Virus record (IMG/VR): IMGVR_UViG_3300020037_002952
Coordinates: 1-64,000 of that record
Length of the DNA: 64,000 nt
Source: a virus
Lineage: Duplodnaviria > Caudoviricetes
Direction: 5' to 3' (one strand)
A program made the translations under genes and the position numbers. Of this stretch, positions 38,058-48,174 are shown one piece after another; the first letter of the stretch is position 1, and the number at the start of each line of letters is the position of its first letter. The notes beneath the pieces were generated by a model. It was not told the DNA's origin. It saw only the letters and a program-made list of their open reading frames with translations, and searched no databases.

Positions 38058-38690
38058 TTGAAAATTGACAATTTAGTGCAAGCTAAATTGTGTTCCATCG
38101 AGGCTTGCCCTAATAAAAACTATGGTCGTTCCTGGTGTTTTAGGCACTATGGAGCATGGCGAAAAACTGGAGATCCGTTAGGATTAGAGGATCAAAGAAA
38201 GGTTTTTCGTCGTGAAGGCTCTGGTGGTCCTCGGTGGAAAAATGAACCAGATGCTATAATTGATTTTGATAGAAAACTTTCAGGATCATGTTGCGTTGTT
38301 GATTGCGATAAAGAATATAAGCAAGCAAACTTCTGCTATATGCATTATAATAGGTATAGGTCCTATGGGAGAGTGGGACCTGCTTGCAGCGAAAAAGAAC
38401 TCTCTGATTCCAAGAAGGACAACGATGGATGGAGTATTCGAAACGGATATAAAATCAAATGGACTCCCGGTGGATCAAATTGCATCTATCAACATAGAGA
38501 AGTTTACGAAGAATTTCTTGGTCGCAAACTTGAATCGTTTGAAAATATTCATCATATTAATGGAATTAGAGATGATAACCGAATAGAAAATCTAGAGCTA
38601 TGGGTAGTTCCACAGCCGAACGGTCAAAGAGTTGAAGATTTGATAGACTTTCTCGTAGAGCATTATCCAGATAAAGTGGCACGGGTCTAA
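38058..38690 (+). CDS. Free-standing HNH homing endonuclease with two Cys/His zinc-finger repeats
   Basis: CSIEAC..WCFRHY, CCVVDC..FCYMHY, HREVYE..LGRKL...ENIHHINGIRDDNRIENLELW. Confidence 0.88.
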   Translation: MKIDNLVQAKLCSIEACPNKNYGRSWCFRHYGAWRKTGDPLGLEDQRKVFRREGSGGPRWKNEPDAIIDFDRKLSGSCCVVDCDKEYKQANFCYMHYNRYRSYGRVGPACSEKELSDSKKDNDGWSIRNGYKIKWTPGGSNCIYQHREVYEEFLGRKLESFENIHHINGIRDDNRIENLELWVVPQPNGQRVEDLIDFLVEHYPDKVARV

Positions 38691-38714
38691 CCATAGTCAT
38701 TAATACAAGAAGTT

Positions 38715-38750
38715 AAAAAGGTCGCCTTGGGGAGCTAGGGCGACCTTTTT
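38715..38750. terminator. Bidirectional intrinsic terminator
   Basis: AAAAAGGTCGCC...GGCGACCTTTTT. Confidence 0.85.
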
Positions 38751-38831
38751 ACGTTATGTGACGATATAATAAGTATAGGATTGTCCAACATTAGGCGTTG
38801 TGACTTATTGAGTGGTATGAAGGAGAAACAC

Positions 38832-39611
38832 ATGAGTGAAAAAGTTAAAAGCAATATTATTGCGCCTGTTCGTAAACGACTTCTTAATCTTTATGTTTTA
38901 GGTGAAGAAGTTAGCTTTCATGATGACGAGGGTGAATTCTCAGTATGGATTCAAAAGATTAATAGCTGGCAAGATCGTGATGCTATCCAAAAATCTAAGG
39001 TCGTGCGAGCTCCAATTATTGCCCTTATTAAAGATAAAGCTAATCCAGATAGATTAGCTTATATTGACCTTCTTTCTGAATGGGACTTTGATACGAAGGA
39101 AACTCAAATTCAGTTTCTTATCTCGCCGAAGGTTCAGCAGGCTCGGGAATCCGCAGAAGCTAGGATTGCATCAGAAGATGAGTGGGCGAAAGATGACTAT
39201 CTCATCACTCTCCAAGAAGCCTGGGTTAGCGGCCTTAGCGATACGTATGCGCTAAATCCAGATGACAAAGAAGCCAACAGAATCTACCTGGAACTTAGGC
39301 GATATACCGATCTAGTTGATTCTGCCGTCGAGCATGAAGCTAATGAATATGCTCTTGATATGGAAGACAAGTCTGAAGAAGCTATTCAAGATCAGATTGT
39401 AACAAAGCTTATTGAACATGAAGCAGACGTTGTTCAAATGGCTGAATACCATCGTTGGTGTATCTTTTATGCCATTAGAAATATTGATGATCATGATGAA
39501 CTCTTCTTTGAGACGCGAGAAGAGATTGACTATCTCGACCAAAGTGTTTACAATAGACTTCTAGAAGCATATCTTGAATTAGAGATCGCAGGCATGGAGG
39601 GAAAAGACTAG
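38832..39611 (+). CDS. Tail assembly chaperone (gpG-like)
   Basis: Between tube and TMP; AAGGAG RBS before ATG 38832; ends in slippery G GGA AAA. Confidence 0.8.
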   Translation: MSEKVKSNIIAPVRKRLLNLYVLGEEVSFHDDEGEFSVWIQKINSWQDRDAIQKSKVVRAPIIALIKDKANPDRLAYIDLLSEWDFDTKETQIQFLISPKVQQARESAEARIASEDEWAKDDYLITLQEAWVSGLSDTYALNPDDKEANRIYLELRRYTDLVDSAVEHEANEYALDMEDKSEEAIQDQIVTKLIEHEADVVQMAEYHRWCIFYAIRNIDDHDELFFETREEIDYLDQSVYNRLLEAYLELEIAGMEGKD

Positions 39612-39946
39612 CAGGCGATCCACAATTTTTGAGGATGGTCGCCGCCTCAAAGTCAACTGGTGCTGGAGCTTTAATTTGGCCTAAAGGTACTAATAGCGAA
39701 GATATACCTGCTAGCACTTTTAATTGCATTAGTCACGCACTGATGATTGTAGCATGGCAAGAAAATCTTCCATCTGAAGAGATCCCTCCCTATTGGAAGT
39801 GGCATTTAGATTGGGAGCTTGAATCTTGGTTTGATAAGATTTCAGATGATCGTAAAACTAAGTATGGCAGTGCATCCAATGAACTAGAGCCAATTCCAGA
39901 AGGTGGGGCGAACTCTTTGTTCGAGGAATTTAAGGCGTCGTTATGA
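39599..39946 (+). CDS. Tail assembly chaperone frameshift extension (gpGT-like)
   Basis: The -1 frame from GGGAAAA (39599-39605) is open into ORF 39629..39946. Confidence 0.82.
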   Translation, partial: GKRLAGDPQFLRMVAASKSTGAGALIWPKGTNSEDIPASTFNCISHALMIVAWQENLPSEEIPPYWKWHLDWELESWFDKISDDRKTKYGSASNELEPIPEGGANSLFEEFKASL

Positions 39947-39999
39947 CGATACATAATATGAGGTATTGGATTTAGTTTGATGGAAGGCGGTGAAAGACT

Positions 40000-42900
40000 A
40001 TGGCAGCAGATTTCCTAATTAAAGGTGGCTTAGATCTTTCCGGTATTCGCCAAGAATTGAAAGCTTTTGCTGCCGAACAAACAGCACTACAAAGTAAAGC
40101 GGCTGCCGTTGCGCCCGCAACCAAAATTCCAGTTCTTCCGCCATCTGTTCTTCAGCGTATTGATAAGCCTATCATTGGCCAGAAAGCTAGTCTAGGACAA
40201 AATACTGCTGAAATAAACAAGGCAATTACTGCCCAAGCGAAGCTTATTGCTCTTCAATCGGAAAGCAATCGAATTACAGCTCTTGCATCAGGACAAAAAT
40301 ATGACCCAATTAAAGGAACAGAACAACTTCGGCTAGGTACACAAGCTGCCTTCCGAGCTGGTGGGGTAGAGTTTGGTAAAACCCAAGCTAAGTTTTTAGA
40401 TGCTGAATTTCAGAGATTTATTACTCAGTTTGAAGCGGTATCATCTAGAACAGCTAAAGGTCAATTTGTCCCAGTTTCTCAACAGGCTGAAAGATTTGCG
40501 AAGCTAACTGCTAATCCAATTCTTCAGCAGCAGGGCTTATTGAATGCTAATGGCAACCCGAGGATTTTCACTCCTAGAGCAGATACTCAAGACTTTAGTA
40601 ATAGAAAAGATGCTTTAGCGATTGAAGCTGCCTATGACAAAGAGCGATTAGCGGCCAAGGCAGAACAACTTAAAGCTGAAGGTCAAGTTGCTGCCGAAAA
40701 GCTTAGAGCTGCTCAGGCCCAGCGAGTTGCTGACGGTAAATCAGAAGGTATTGATGCCGAAATTTTGGCGGCCAGACAAGCGCGTCTTGCTTCTGAAGCA
40801 TCATTGGCTGCTTCTGCTAGCGCTAGAGCTAGACTTGCTGCTCTAAATAAAGATGGCACACAGGCTCGTGTAGATCAAATTCCTCAAGCGGCTAGACTTG
40901 CTGGAGCTAATCAGTTTTTAGCAGATACAAGAGCTAAGCTAGAAGCGATGAAAAAGGGTACTGTTGGCGTAACGCAGTCACCGATACTAAACAGTAGTGG
41001 ACAGCAACCAGTAACGAATAATCTTTCTCCGGTGGCTCTACGTGGCACGCTTCGTCTTGAAGCTGCAATGGGACAGTTAATTCAATCAGCCGAAGGTGAA
41101 GTTGTACTTGGTCAAGAAAGATTCAAAAGAAGAGCAGCATATAACTCTAAGATGGCGGCCCTGGAATTAGCTATTGCAGAAGAAGTAGCTCTTGAAGCTG
41201 CTCAAAGAGCTACTTTGGCGGGCAGAGTTTCCCAAGCAAGCTTTGCTAATCCAAAAATAGGATTGGAACGAGGTATTGGAGAGGCAAACCTTATCGCTGG
41301 AGAGGCATCAGCTAAAGCTTTAAGGGGCGGGATTATCAATGCTAATCCAGAGCTTCAAGCACAATTAGCGAATGCAGAAGCTCGTTATATAGAAATAAGA
41401 TTACGTCAAGTTATCGAGGCGCAGAAAGAGCTTCTAGCTTCTGGTGTTTCAACTGAATTAGACCTAGAATTATCAACTCTCAAAAAGCAACTTGGAGCGA
41501 TGCTGCTCAGAGCGCAGGCTGGCGATGAAGCGTATCTTAGTGCTACGAATCAAGCCACTCTAGCAAAAGCCGAACAAGCAGCGGCAACTGCAAGACAACT
41601 CCTAACTACTCCTGGTGCAGTTTCTTCACTGGGTGGGGATCAAGCTGCGGTGACACGAACTAGAAATGCAGTTGCAGCTGCTGAACTAGCGCAACTTGAG
41701 TTAATGCCGGGGAATATAGAATCGCTTCGTCAAGCTACAACTTCCAGACTCCGTATGGCTTCTTCACTTAATCTTTCCATCATTGGAGATCAGGAAGCAT
41801 TAGAGGCTACTCTTGCTGCGGCAACAACGAATAGAAGAAAAGCTATAGCCACAAATGAACTGATTGTCGCTGATGCTGCTAGCGTCGAAGCTATTGCTTT
41901 AGAAACCGTTTCAAGAACTAAGGTATCTACAGCAGCAAATCAACTTTCTCTTACAATGCAATCAAGCATTGAAGCATTTGCTCTTGGTAAAATTACGCAA
42001 GACCAATTGAATCTCGCTATTAGACAAGAGGTCGCCGCCTCTCGGGTAGCCGCTAAAACAACCTATGATACCGCTCTTCTCAAAGCTGAAGCGACTGCTA
42101 ATCAAATTGCATTAGATCAAGCCAATGGAAATGCTTTGGCTTTACAGAGACAAGCTAATATTCGTGCAGTTAAATCACAGACCGCTGCATCAGGTATTGT
42201 TGGAGGGTTTAAAGCTACAGAAAATGCTGGTGGACGAGATGCGGGTGCTTTCTTGGGCGGGGGCTTAGCTACAACACTTAAATTCGCTCTTCCATCAGCA
42301 GTTCTATTTGGAGCTTTTGCTGGTATTAAAAACGCTGTCAAAGATACCGAAGAGTTGGCTATTACTTTCACTAAGCTTGAATCACAGCTTAATGGTTTAG
42401 ATGATGTGGATAGGTTAGCTAACCTTAAAAAACAGATTCTTGATATTTCTTCTGAAACAGGTATCGCTGCTGCTGAAATTGGCGATCTAGCCCTCCAAAT
42501 CCAAGGCGCTTTCGGTGACTTAGAATATGACCCTAATAAACTTAATGATGGGGGCCTTAAAGGATCGGATAACATCACTAGATATGGCGACGAGGTTGTA
42601 GCTAAGCAGATCGAAGCTGCCGGTAAACTTTCTGTAGTTACTGGTATTGCTCAAAAGGAACTTGTTGACGGTCTAACGGCTGCCTCATTCGCTTTCGGAA
42701 CTTCTGCTGATCGAATCGGTGACGTGGCCGCTAAGCTTGAAGTTTCAACAGGTGTTAAAGCAAAGGAAACAATTTCCTTCCTTGGTGATATTGGCCCCGT
42801 TGCCGAAGCTGCTGGCTTCTCTCTAGAAGAGTTCGCAGCTATTGCGGCTATTGCGCAGAAGCGTTCTGGCGCTACTGGTACCGTTCTTGCTGAGCAGTTC

Positions 42901-45900
42901 GGTCGTATTATCCCCGCCATTACAAAAAACAGTCAAGACTTCTTTAATATTGCCAACAAAAATCAGAGCCTATTTGAGCAGCTTGATGGGGGTAAGGGTT
43001 ATACTAACTTCATAAAAGCCATTCAGAATTCTGACACGAAAGAAATATTTAGGTCCTTATCAGGATCTTTTGACCAATTAGATAAAGGCTCTAGAGAATT
43101 TGTTATTCAACTTCTCGGTGGTAGAAGAGAAGCGAATGCCCTTCTTTCTGTTTTTAATGATACAAAAGGGCTAGACAAAGCAACGAAAGAAGCGGAAAAC
43201 AGCGCTGGTGTTTTGGATGAACGATTTGCAGCGCTTCAAAAAAGAATAACTGTTATCTTTAGGAAGCTTAGCGTTGAGTTCACAAAGCTGGCAAAAACTT
43301 TTGTTGATTCTGGGATAGGTAAAGCTATTGGTCTATCTCTAAAAGAACTAGAGGTAATGCTCAAAGTCACAAATGGTATTTTTTCAATTTTTACAAAAAT
43401 AGATAAGTTAACTGGAGGTTGGGCATCTAATCTTGCTGCTGTGGCAATCCAGATGAAGGTTATAACTACTGTTACAAAAGCATTAATTGGACAACAAGCT
43501 CTAGCTGCTGCTACTGCTGCCGGATCTACTGGTGGTAGCAGAGCTGGTGCCGCTATCAGTTCTATCCCACTAATTGCTGGCGTTAGATCTAAAGGATTTT
43601 TCCCCAATTCCAGAGAAGCTTATAGACAATCACTCCTTAAAACTAATATTCAAAAAGGGTTGTCCCCCACATTAAATTCTAAAAGCTCTTTTCTTGCTCA
43701 AGGGGCTGGGTCGCTTGGCGTAGCGAAGGCTTCTGGTCGGGGACTTTATACTGCTATTGGTGGGGCGACTGGAGTTGGATTCTTAGCTGCTGCTGGTATT
43801 TTCGGAGCGTATCAAACTTTCACAGATAAAGTTGAGAAAGATAAAACAGACATCACCAAGCTTCAGGTCAATTTATCCAAAGATAAAAGATCTACTAAAG
43901 ATATTTTTGAAGAAGCAAAGAAACTAAAAGTCAAAGAAAGTCTCTTCTATAGATTTTGGCGGGGACTAAATGATCTGTCTACCGACTCTGAATTAACAGA
44001 AATTGAAGCCTTGATTCGGGAGGCAAAATCTAAAACTGAAATTGGATCGAAAGTAGCTTCGTCTAAAACTGGTCAGAGACTTACGGCACAACTGGTTAGA
44101 GGAACGAAAAAAACTCCTAAAGAATCAGTTTTTTCTATCGCTGATGGAGAAAGTATTGATTTAACCAAAAAGTATACTAAGGGTAATTCAGCTAAAGACA
44201 ATTCTGCTCTTGCTCTCCAAAAAATAAGAGATAGAATTAATCTTAGAAATAAGACTGTTTCTGGTGAAGTGGCTAATGTACTCCTAAAAAGTGAAGATAT
44301 CTACGGAGACTTACAAGACTTAAGAGAGTCAAATAGTGCTGATCCAAAACTTGTAAAAGAAATTAACGCTGTGTTGGCGGCTATCCAATCCTCTGGTTTG
44401 ACTGATAGCGAATATTCTTCTTATGCTAATGATGTAACCCAGCCCATACGAGCCCTTGCAAAAAGTACAAGCGAAACTATTAATGGCGATCTTAAGGCAG
44501 CTAAAGAATTCTTTGAGGATAGACGAGTTTCTCTAGAAACTTATGTGGAAGTTCTAAGGAAAACTATAGCAGATCTGAAGAAGATCAAAATTAAAACACC
44601 TGGACAAGAAGAAGCAATAAGACAAGCAAACAAAGATATTAACTCTGCTGTCACTAGCACCCTTCTTGATCGACAAGAAAGAGATCTAGAAGTATTCAAG
44701 TTACTTGGTGCTTCAGACGAAGAGGTCAATCAAAAAGAATCTCTTAATGCTTTAAGTAACTTAAGAAACCCTGATTTTGTTAAAGACCCAGAAGCTCGCC
44801 GCAAGGCAGCTCTTTCACTTCTTGAAAATACGCGCGAATACTACGAAAATATCGTTAAAAATACTGATGACCTTGCCCTAGCTCAAAAACTTATTAATGA
44901 AGGATTTGATATACCTGAAGAGGTTAGATTTGCCATTCAAAAACTCAACATCGAAGATTCCAGCCAGTACCAAGATTTGGCAGAATCCGTTCGAGCCCTA
45001 AATAAGGGAGAAAAAACAAAGGGTCTTATTGGTAAGGGTCCTGGCGGGTTACTTGATAAAGTCTTAAAAGACTTTATGGACGATGGGATTGTATCCGAGG
45101 ATACGATTAAATATCTAGGCCAGAAGCAGGATGCTCTAAAGAGTAAGCTACAGGATAAATCTTTATCAGAAGCAGATAGAGCCAACATCGTCGCTACCAT
45201 GGAGCTTATTTCAGAACTTCTAAATCTGGCTCCAGATTCTTATACCGTTAGAACTGATGACAACGGCAAAAAAATTAAAGTCCCAACTAAAGGTGACGGT
45301 AAAGCCTTTGGCGTTGACATGATTGCTGAGAAAGCCAAGCTAGACAAAGAAGTAGCGAAAGAAGCAGCAGACGATGCACAAAGTGTTGCGGACTCTGCAT
45401 TCGAGTTGCAGAAAATTCGAATGAATGGAAATGCTAAAGCTATAGCTATTCTAGAAAAGGCTCAAGCAAATGCAAAATTGCTTAAAGCTCAGACAATTGA
45501 AGATGCGAATGAACGCGCAATAGCCATCAATGAAGCTTTGGGTGACATACTCCAAGCTGACCAAGCCTTTGCCGACGCTATTCAGGCTGAAACCGAAGCA
45601 AGATATGGACTAGCTAAAGCCAGAGCTACTGATGCTGGAGATACCGTGGGAGCCGCTCAAGCCAATTTAGCGGCTGCTCAGGCTGCGTTGAATGCGGCTA
45701 ATGCGAAAGATCCTAGTGGGGCTGATGCGTTGAATGCCCAGGCGGCTGTTATTTCTGCCAGGAGAGAAATATCTGACGCTCAGAAGGCACAACGAGATTC
45801 AGCGAGAGAATTATTTAGCTTCGTAGCAGCTGATGAAGATCCAGTTAAAGAAGCCCAATATGCTTTAGATGATGCTAAATTGGCCTTGAATGAGGCCAGA

Positions 45901-46761
45901 GGCCAAGAAGCCCGGAATAAAGCCGCTCTTGAAGTAAAACAACGAGAACGCGCTCTTAGAGATGCTCAAAGAGGGGTAAGAGACTCGATGGTGGCGCTAT
46001 TCCGTGCAGTAGTAACTGGTGAAGACCCAGTAGCACAAGCTAAATTTGATTTAAGTATAGCAAAATCTTTAGAAGGAGAAGCGAAAGGTAAGGCAGCGCA
46101 AGCTGACGCCGCATTAAGAACTCTTGAAGCCCAAAGAACTCTACGTGACGCAATGCAAGCTGCTCAGTATTCGGTCTACACCCTACGTCAAGCACAATTA
46201 CAGTCACTAGATGATGATGTTGGTGCTGCAAATGTGGCCGCCGCTCTTGCCCGCCAACAGTTGAAGGATGCCATAGCCTCGAAGTCCGGAACGGCAGAAA
46301 TTAACAGTCTTCGCGCTGCTTCTATTGCAGCGGATAAATCAGCTAGAGATACACTGTTCCAAACAAAACTTGATGATTACCAGTATCTACTTGATACAGG
46401 CAAGATCACTAAGACACAATACATCGCTTACCTTACTGCTTTACAGCAGACTCTTAGTCCTGCTTCTAAACAGTTCAAAGAACTTGAGAAGACTCTTAGA
46501 AACCTCAAGAATGATATTGGTTCAGATCTCCAGGCAAACCTTCCAACAACTCTTGCTCTGCCGACCCTTTATGAGGTTCGTAGACTTAACCAAACCGGCA
46601 AACAGCCTGGTGCAGGAACAAACCAAATTGGATATCAGGACAACCGTAAGATCGATCTTAAAATCGAGATTGGCCAGAATATGTCAGAAGCACAAATCGT
46701 TAGAGTTCTTTCAGATGCCCTCGGCGTTGGAAGAAATAGCAACACACCAAGCAGGTATTAA
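40000..46761 (+). CDS. Tape measure protein (2253 aa)
   Basis: Very long Ala-rich helical ORF after the chaperones; TP901-like core (~aa 780-1080). Confidence 0.92.
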   Translation: MAADFLIKGGLDLSGIRQELKAFAAEQTALQSKAAAVAPATKIPVLPPSVLQRIDKPIIGQKASLGQNTAEINKAITAQAKLIALQSESNRITALASGQKYDPIKGTEQLRLGTQAAFRAGGVEFGKTQAKFLDAEFQRFITQFEAVSSRTAKGQFVPVSQQAERFAKLTANPILQQQGLLNANGNPRIFTPRADTQDFSNRKDALAIEAAYDKERLAAKAEQLKAEGQVAAEKLRAAQAQRVADGKSEGIDAEILAARQARLASEASLAASASARARLAALNKDGTQARVDQIPQAARLAGANQFLADTRAKLEAMKKGTVGVTQSPILNSSGQQPVTNNLSPVALRGTLRLEAAMGQLIQSAEGEVVLGQERFKRRAAYNSKMAALELAIAEEVALEAAQRATLAGRVSQASFANPKIGLERGIGEANLIAGEASAKALRGGIINANPELQAQLANAEARYIEIRLRQVIEAQKELLASGVSTELDLELSTLKKQLGAMLLRAQAGDEAYLSATNQATLAKAEQAAATARQLLTTPGAVSSLGGDQAAVTRTRNAVAAAELAQLELMPGNIESLRQATTSRLRMASSLNLSIIGDQEALEATLAAATTNRRKAIATNELIVADAASVEAIALETVSRTKVSTAANQLSLTMQSSIEAFALGKITQDQLNLAIRQEVAASRVAAKTTYDTALLKAEATANQIALDQANGNALALQRQANIRAVKSQTAASGIVGGFKATENAGGRDAGAFLGGGLATTLKFALPSAVLFGAFAGIKNAVKDTEELAITFTKLESQLNGLDDVDRLANLKKQILDISSETGIAAAEIGDLALQIQGAFGDLEYDPNKLNDGGLKGSDNITRYGDEVVAKQIEAAGKLSVVTGIAQKELVDGLTAASFAFGTSADRIGDVAAKLEVSTGVKAKETISFLGDIGPVAEAAGFSLEEFAAIAAIAQKRSGATGTVLAEQFGRIIPAITKNSQDFFNIANKNQSLFEQLDGGKGYTNFIKAIQNSDTKEIFRSLSGSFDQLDKGSREFVIQLLGGRREANALLSVFNDTKGLDKATKEAENSAGVLDERFAALQKRITVIFRKLSVEFTKLAKTFVDSGIGKAIGLSLKELEVMLKVTNGIFSIFTKIDKLTGGWASNLAAVAIQMKVITTVTKALIGQQALAAATAAGSTGGSRAGAAISSIPLIAGVRSKGFFPNSREAYRQSLLKTNIQKGLSPTLNSKSSFLAQGAGSLGVAKASGRGLYTAIGGATGVGFLAAAGIFGAYQTFTDKVEKDKTDITKLQVNLSKDKRSTKDIFEEAKKLKVKESLFYRFWRGLNDLSTDSELTEIEALIREAKSKTEIGSKVASSKTGQRLTAQLVRGTKKTPKESVFSIADGESIDLTKKYTKGNSAKDNSALALQKIRDRINLRNKTVSGEVANVLLKSEDIYGDLQDLRESNSADPKLVKEINAVLAAIQSSGLTDSEYSSYANDVTQPIRALAKSTSETINGDLKAAKEFFEDRRVSLETYVEVLRKTIADLKKIKIKTPGQEEAIRQANKDINSAVTSTLLDRQERDLEVFKLLGASDEEVNQKESLNALSNLRNPDFVKDPEARRKAALSLLENTREYYENIVKNTDDLALAQKLINEGFDIPEEVRFAIQKLNIEDSSQYQDLAESVRALNKGEKTKGLIGKGPGGLLDKVLKDFMDDGIVSEDTIKYLGQKQDALKSKLQDKSLSEADRANIVATMELISELLNLAPDSYTVRTDDNGKKIKVPTKGDGKAFGVDMIAEKAKLDKEVAKEAADDAQSVADSAFELQKIRMNGNAKAIAILEKAQANAKLLKAQTIEDANERAIAINEALGDILQADQAFADAIQAETEARYGLAKARATDAGDTVGAAQANLAAAQAALNAANAKDPSGADALNAQAAVISARREISDAQKAQRDSARELFSFVAADEDPVKEAQYALDDAKLALNEARGQEARNKAALEVKQRERALRDAQRGVRDSMVALFRAVVTGEDPVAQAKFDLSIAKSLEGEAKGKAAQADAALRTLEAQRTLRDAMQAAQYSVYTLRQAQLQSLDDDVGAANVAAALARQQLKDAIASKSGTAEINSLRAASIAADKSARDTLFQTKLDDYQYLLDTGKITKTQYIAYLTALQQTLSPASKQFKELEKTLRNLKNDIGSDLQANLPTTLALPTLYEVRRLNQTGKQPGAGTNQIGYQDNRKIDLKIEIGQNMSEAQIVRVLSDALGVGRNSNTPSRY

Positions 46762-46763
46762 TC

Positions 46764-47180
46764 ATGGTAGATAGAATTGCCTGGAGATTTTATGACCCAG
46801 TTACACTAGATGAGTATTTTATGGAAGTAAACCCTGCCGAAGATTCAGGGTCACATGCTATAGTAAAAAATACTCGTTATGAAGCTGCTGTCAGCACATA
46901 CAAAACTTCCGCTAATGCTCTTCAAGTAAACGCTGTTGTAGCTCATGCTGCCCCAAAAGAGCAAGAAACGTTTGCCTATAATGGCAAGGTTTATACTTTA
47001 GAACAGTATTATACTTTAATTTTGTGGTTTAATAAGGACTATCCGTTCCAAATCAGAGATGACTTGGGCCGAGAACATTTATGCTTTGTCGATACATTTA
47101 CTGTAGAGAGAGTTCGTTCACGTCAACATCGTTGGAAACATTCTTATTCAGTTTCCGGTATAATTTTGGAAGAGGTTTAA
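46764..47180 (+). CDS. Distal-tail-like protein (copy 1)
   Basis: Immediately after TMP; RIAWRF..VNP...IRDDLG. Confidence 0.6.
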   Translation: MVDRIAWRFYDPVTLDEYFMEVNPAEDSGSHAIVKNTRYEAAVSTYKTSANALQVNAVVAHAAPKEQETFAYNGKVYTLEQYYTLILWFNKDYPFQIRDDLGREHLCFVDTFTVERVRSRQHRWKHSYSVSGIILEEV

Positions 47181-47184
47181 TATT

Positions 47185-48174
47185 ATGGCCTGGCCACCTA
47201 CTGACTATCCTTACATAGACAACGAAGATACGGTTCTCGCTGCCACAGTGAATGATACTATTGCAAAGATCATCGCTCACCTTGAAGATGAAACTGCGGT
47301 ACACGGTATCACCGATACGTCAGACTTAGTATTGTCTTCAGGACTAGCGGAACTTGTTCAAGATTATGTTGCCGCAATGTTCTCTGACGGCACCCAGACA
47401 GGGGCGACCGTCACGTACAACGACACCACAGGATCTATAAGCATAGAAGTGACCGCGACGGGCGCTCAGGGCGCTCAGGGTATCCAGGGGCCGATTGGGC
47501 TGACTGGACCACCGGGGCCGAGGGGGGCCGCTGGGGACTCTTTAGCCGCCTTCTCTGGAGGTATCACTGAAACTGTTTTCGTTGACTCTGGTTCGTATAT
47601 TTTAACTGGCAAAAGTGTTGGTATCGGGGCAGTCACGGCTGAAATTCCTGAAACTGTTGATGAAAAATTCTACTTCTTTCCGTTCTCACTTTCAGAAACT
47701 ATTACAGTAGATGCTTGGGATGTTCCGCTAGAGTCTCCCACATCTCATACAGGTTCTCCGAATATGAGAATTGGTATTTATTCTGATGACGGTTCCGGTA
47801 TGCCTACGGGCGTTCCGTTACTTGACAGTGTTGCAGATATCACTACTGGCGAAGTTACTGTTCCAGTCACATTTTCTGCTCTTGGTTTAACTGCTGGTCG
47901 CTATTGGTTATGCTGGGGATTTCAGGGATTAGCTGAGCCGACTTCACTAGTATTTTTTGATAGAGTTACCCAAATTGCTCCACAGGCAGCGGTGCCAGCA
48001 AATGAAACTGACTATTGGACTATCTATACTTTAGATAATATCACCTCGACTCTTCCAACAAACCCAATTACAAACGGTGGTTGGGCGATTGAGACTTATG
48101 GGTCCGCTGATGTACCAACAGAATTCACTAATACCTCTCCGATGGTCCCTCATATCTGGTTGAGGATTGACTAA
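47185..48174 (+). CDS. Collagen-containing tail fibre
   Basis: VHGITDTSDL, GAQGAQGIQGPIGLTGPPGPRG, C-terminal RIGIYSD...GRYWL domain. Confidence 0.75.
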   Translation: MAWPPTDYPYIDNEDTVLAATVNDTIAKIIAHLEDETAVHGITDTSDLVLSSGLAELVQDYVAAMFSDGTQTGATVTYNDTTGSISIEVTATGAQGAQGIQGPIGLTGPPGPRGAAGDSLAAFSGGITETVFVDSGSYILTGKSVGIGAVTAEIPETVDEKFYFFPFSLSETITVDAWDVPLESPTSHTGSPNMRIGIYSDDGSGMPTGVPLLDSVADITTGEVTVPVTFSALGLTAGRYWLCWGFQGLAEPTSLVFFDRVTQIAPQAAVPANETDYWTIYTLDNITSTLPTNPITNGGWAIETYGSADVPTEFTNTSPMVPHIWLRID

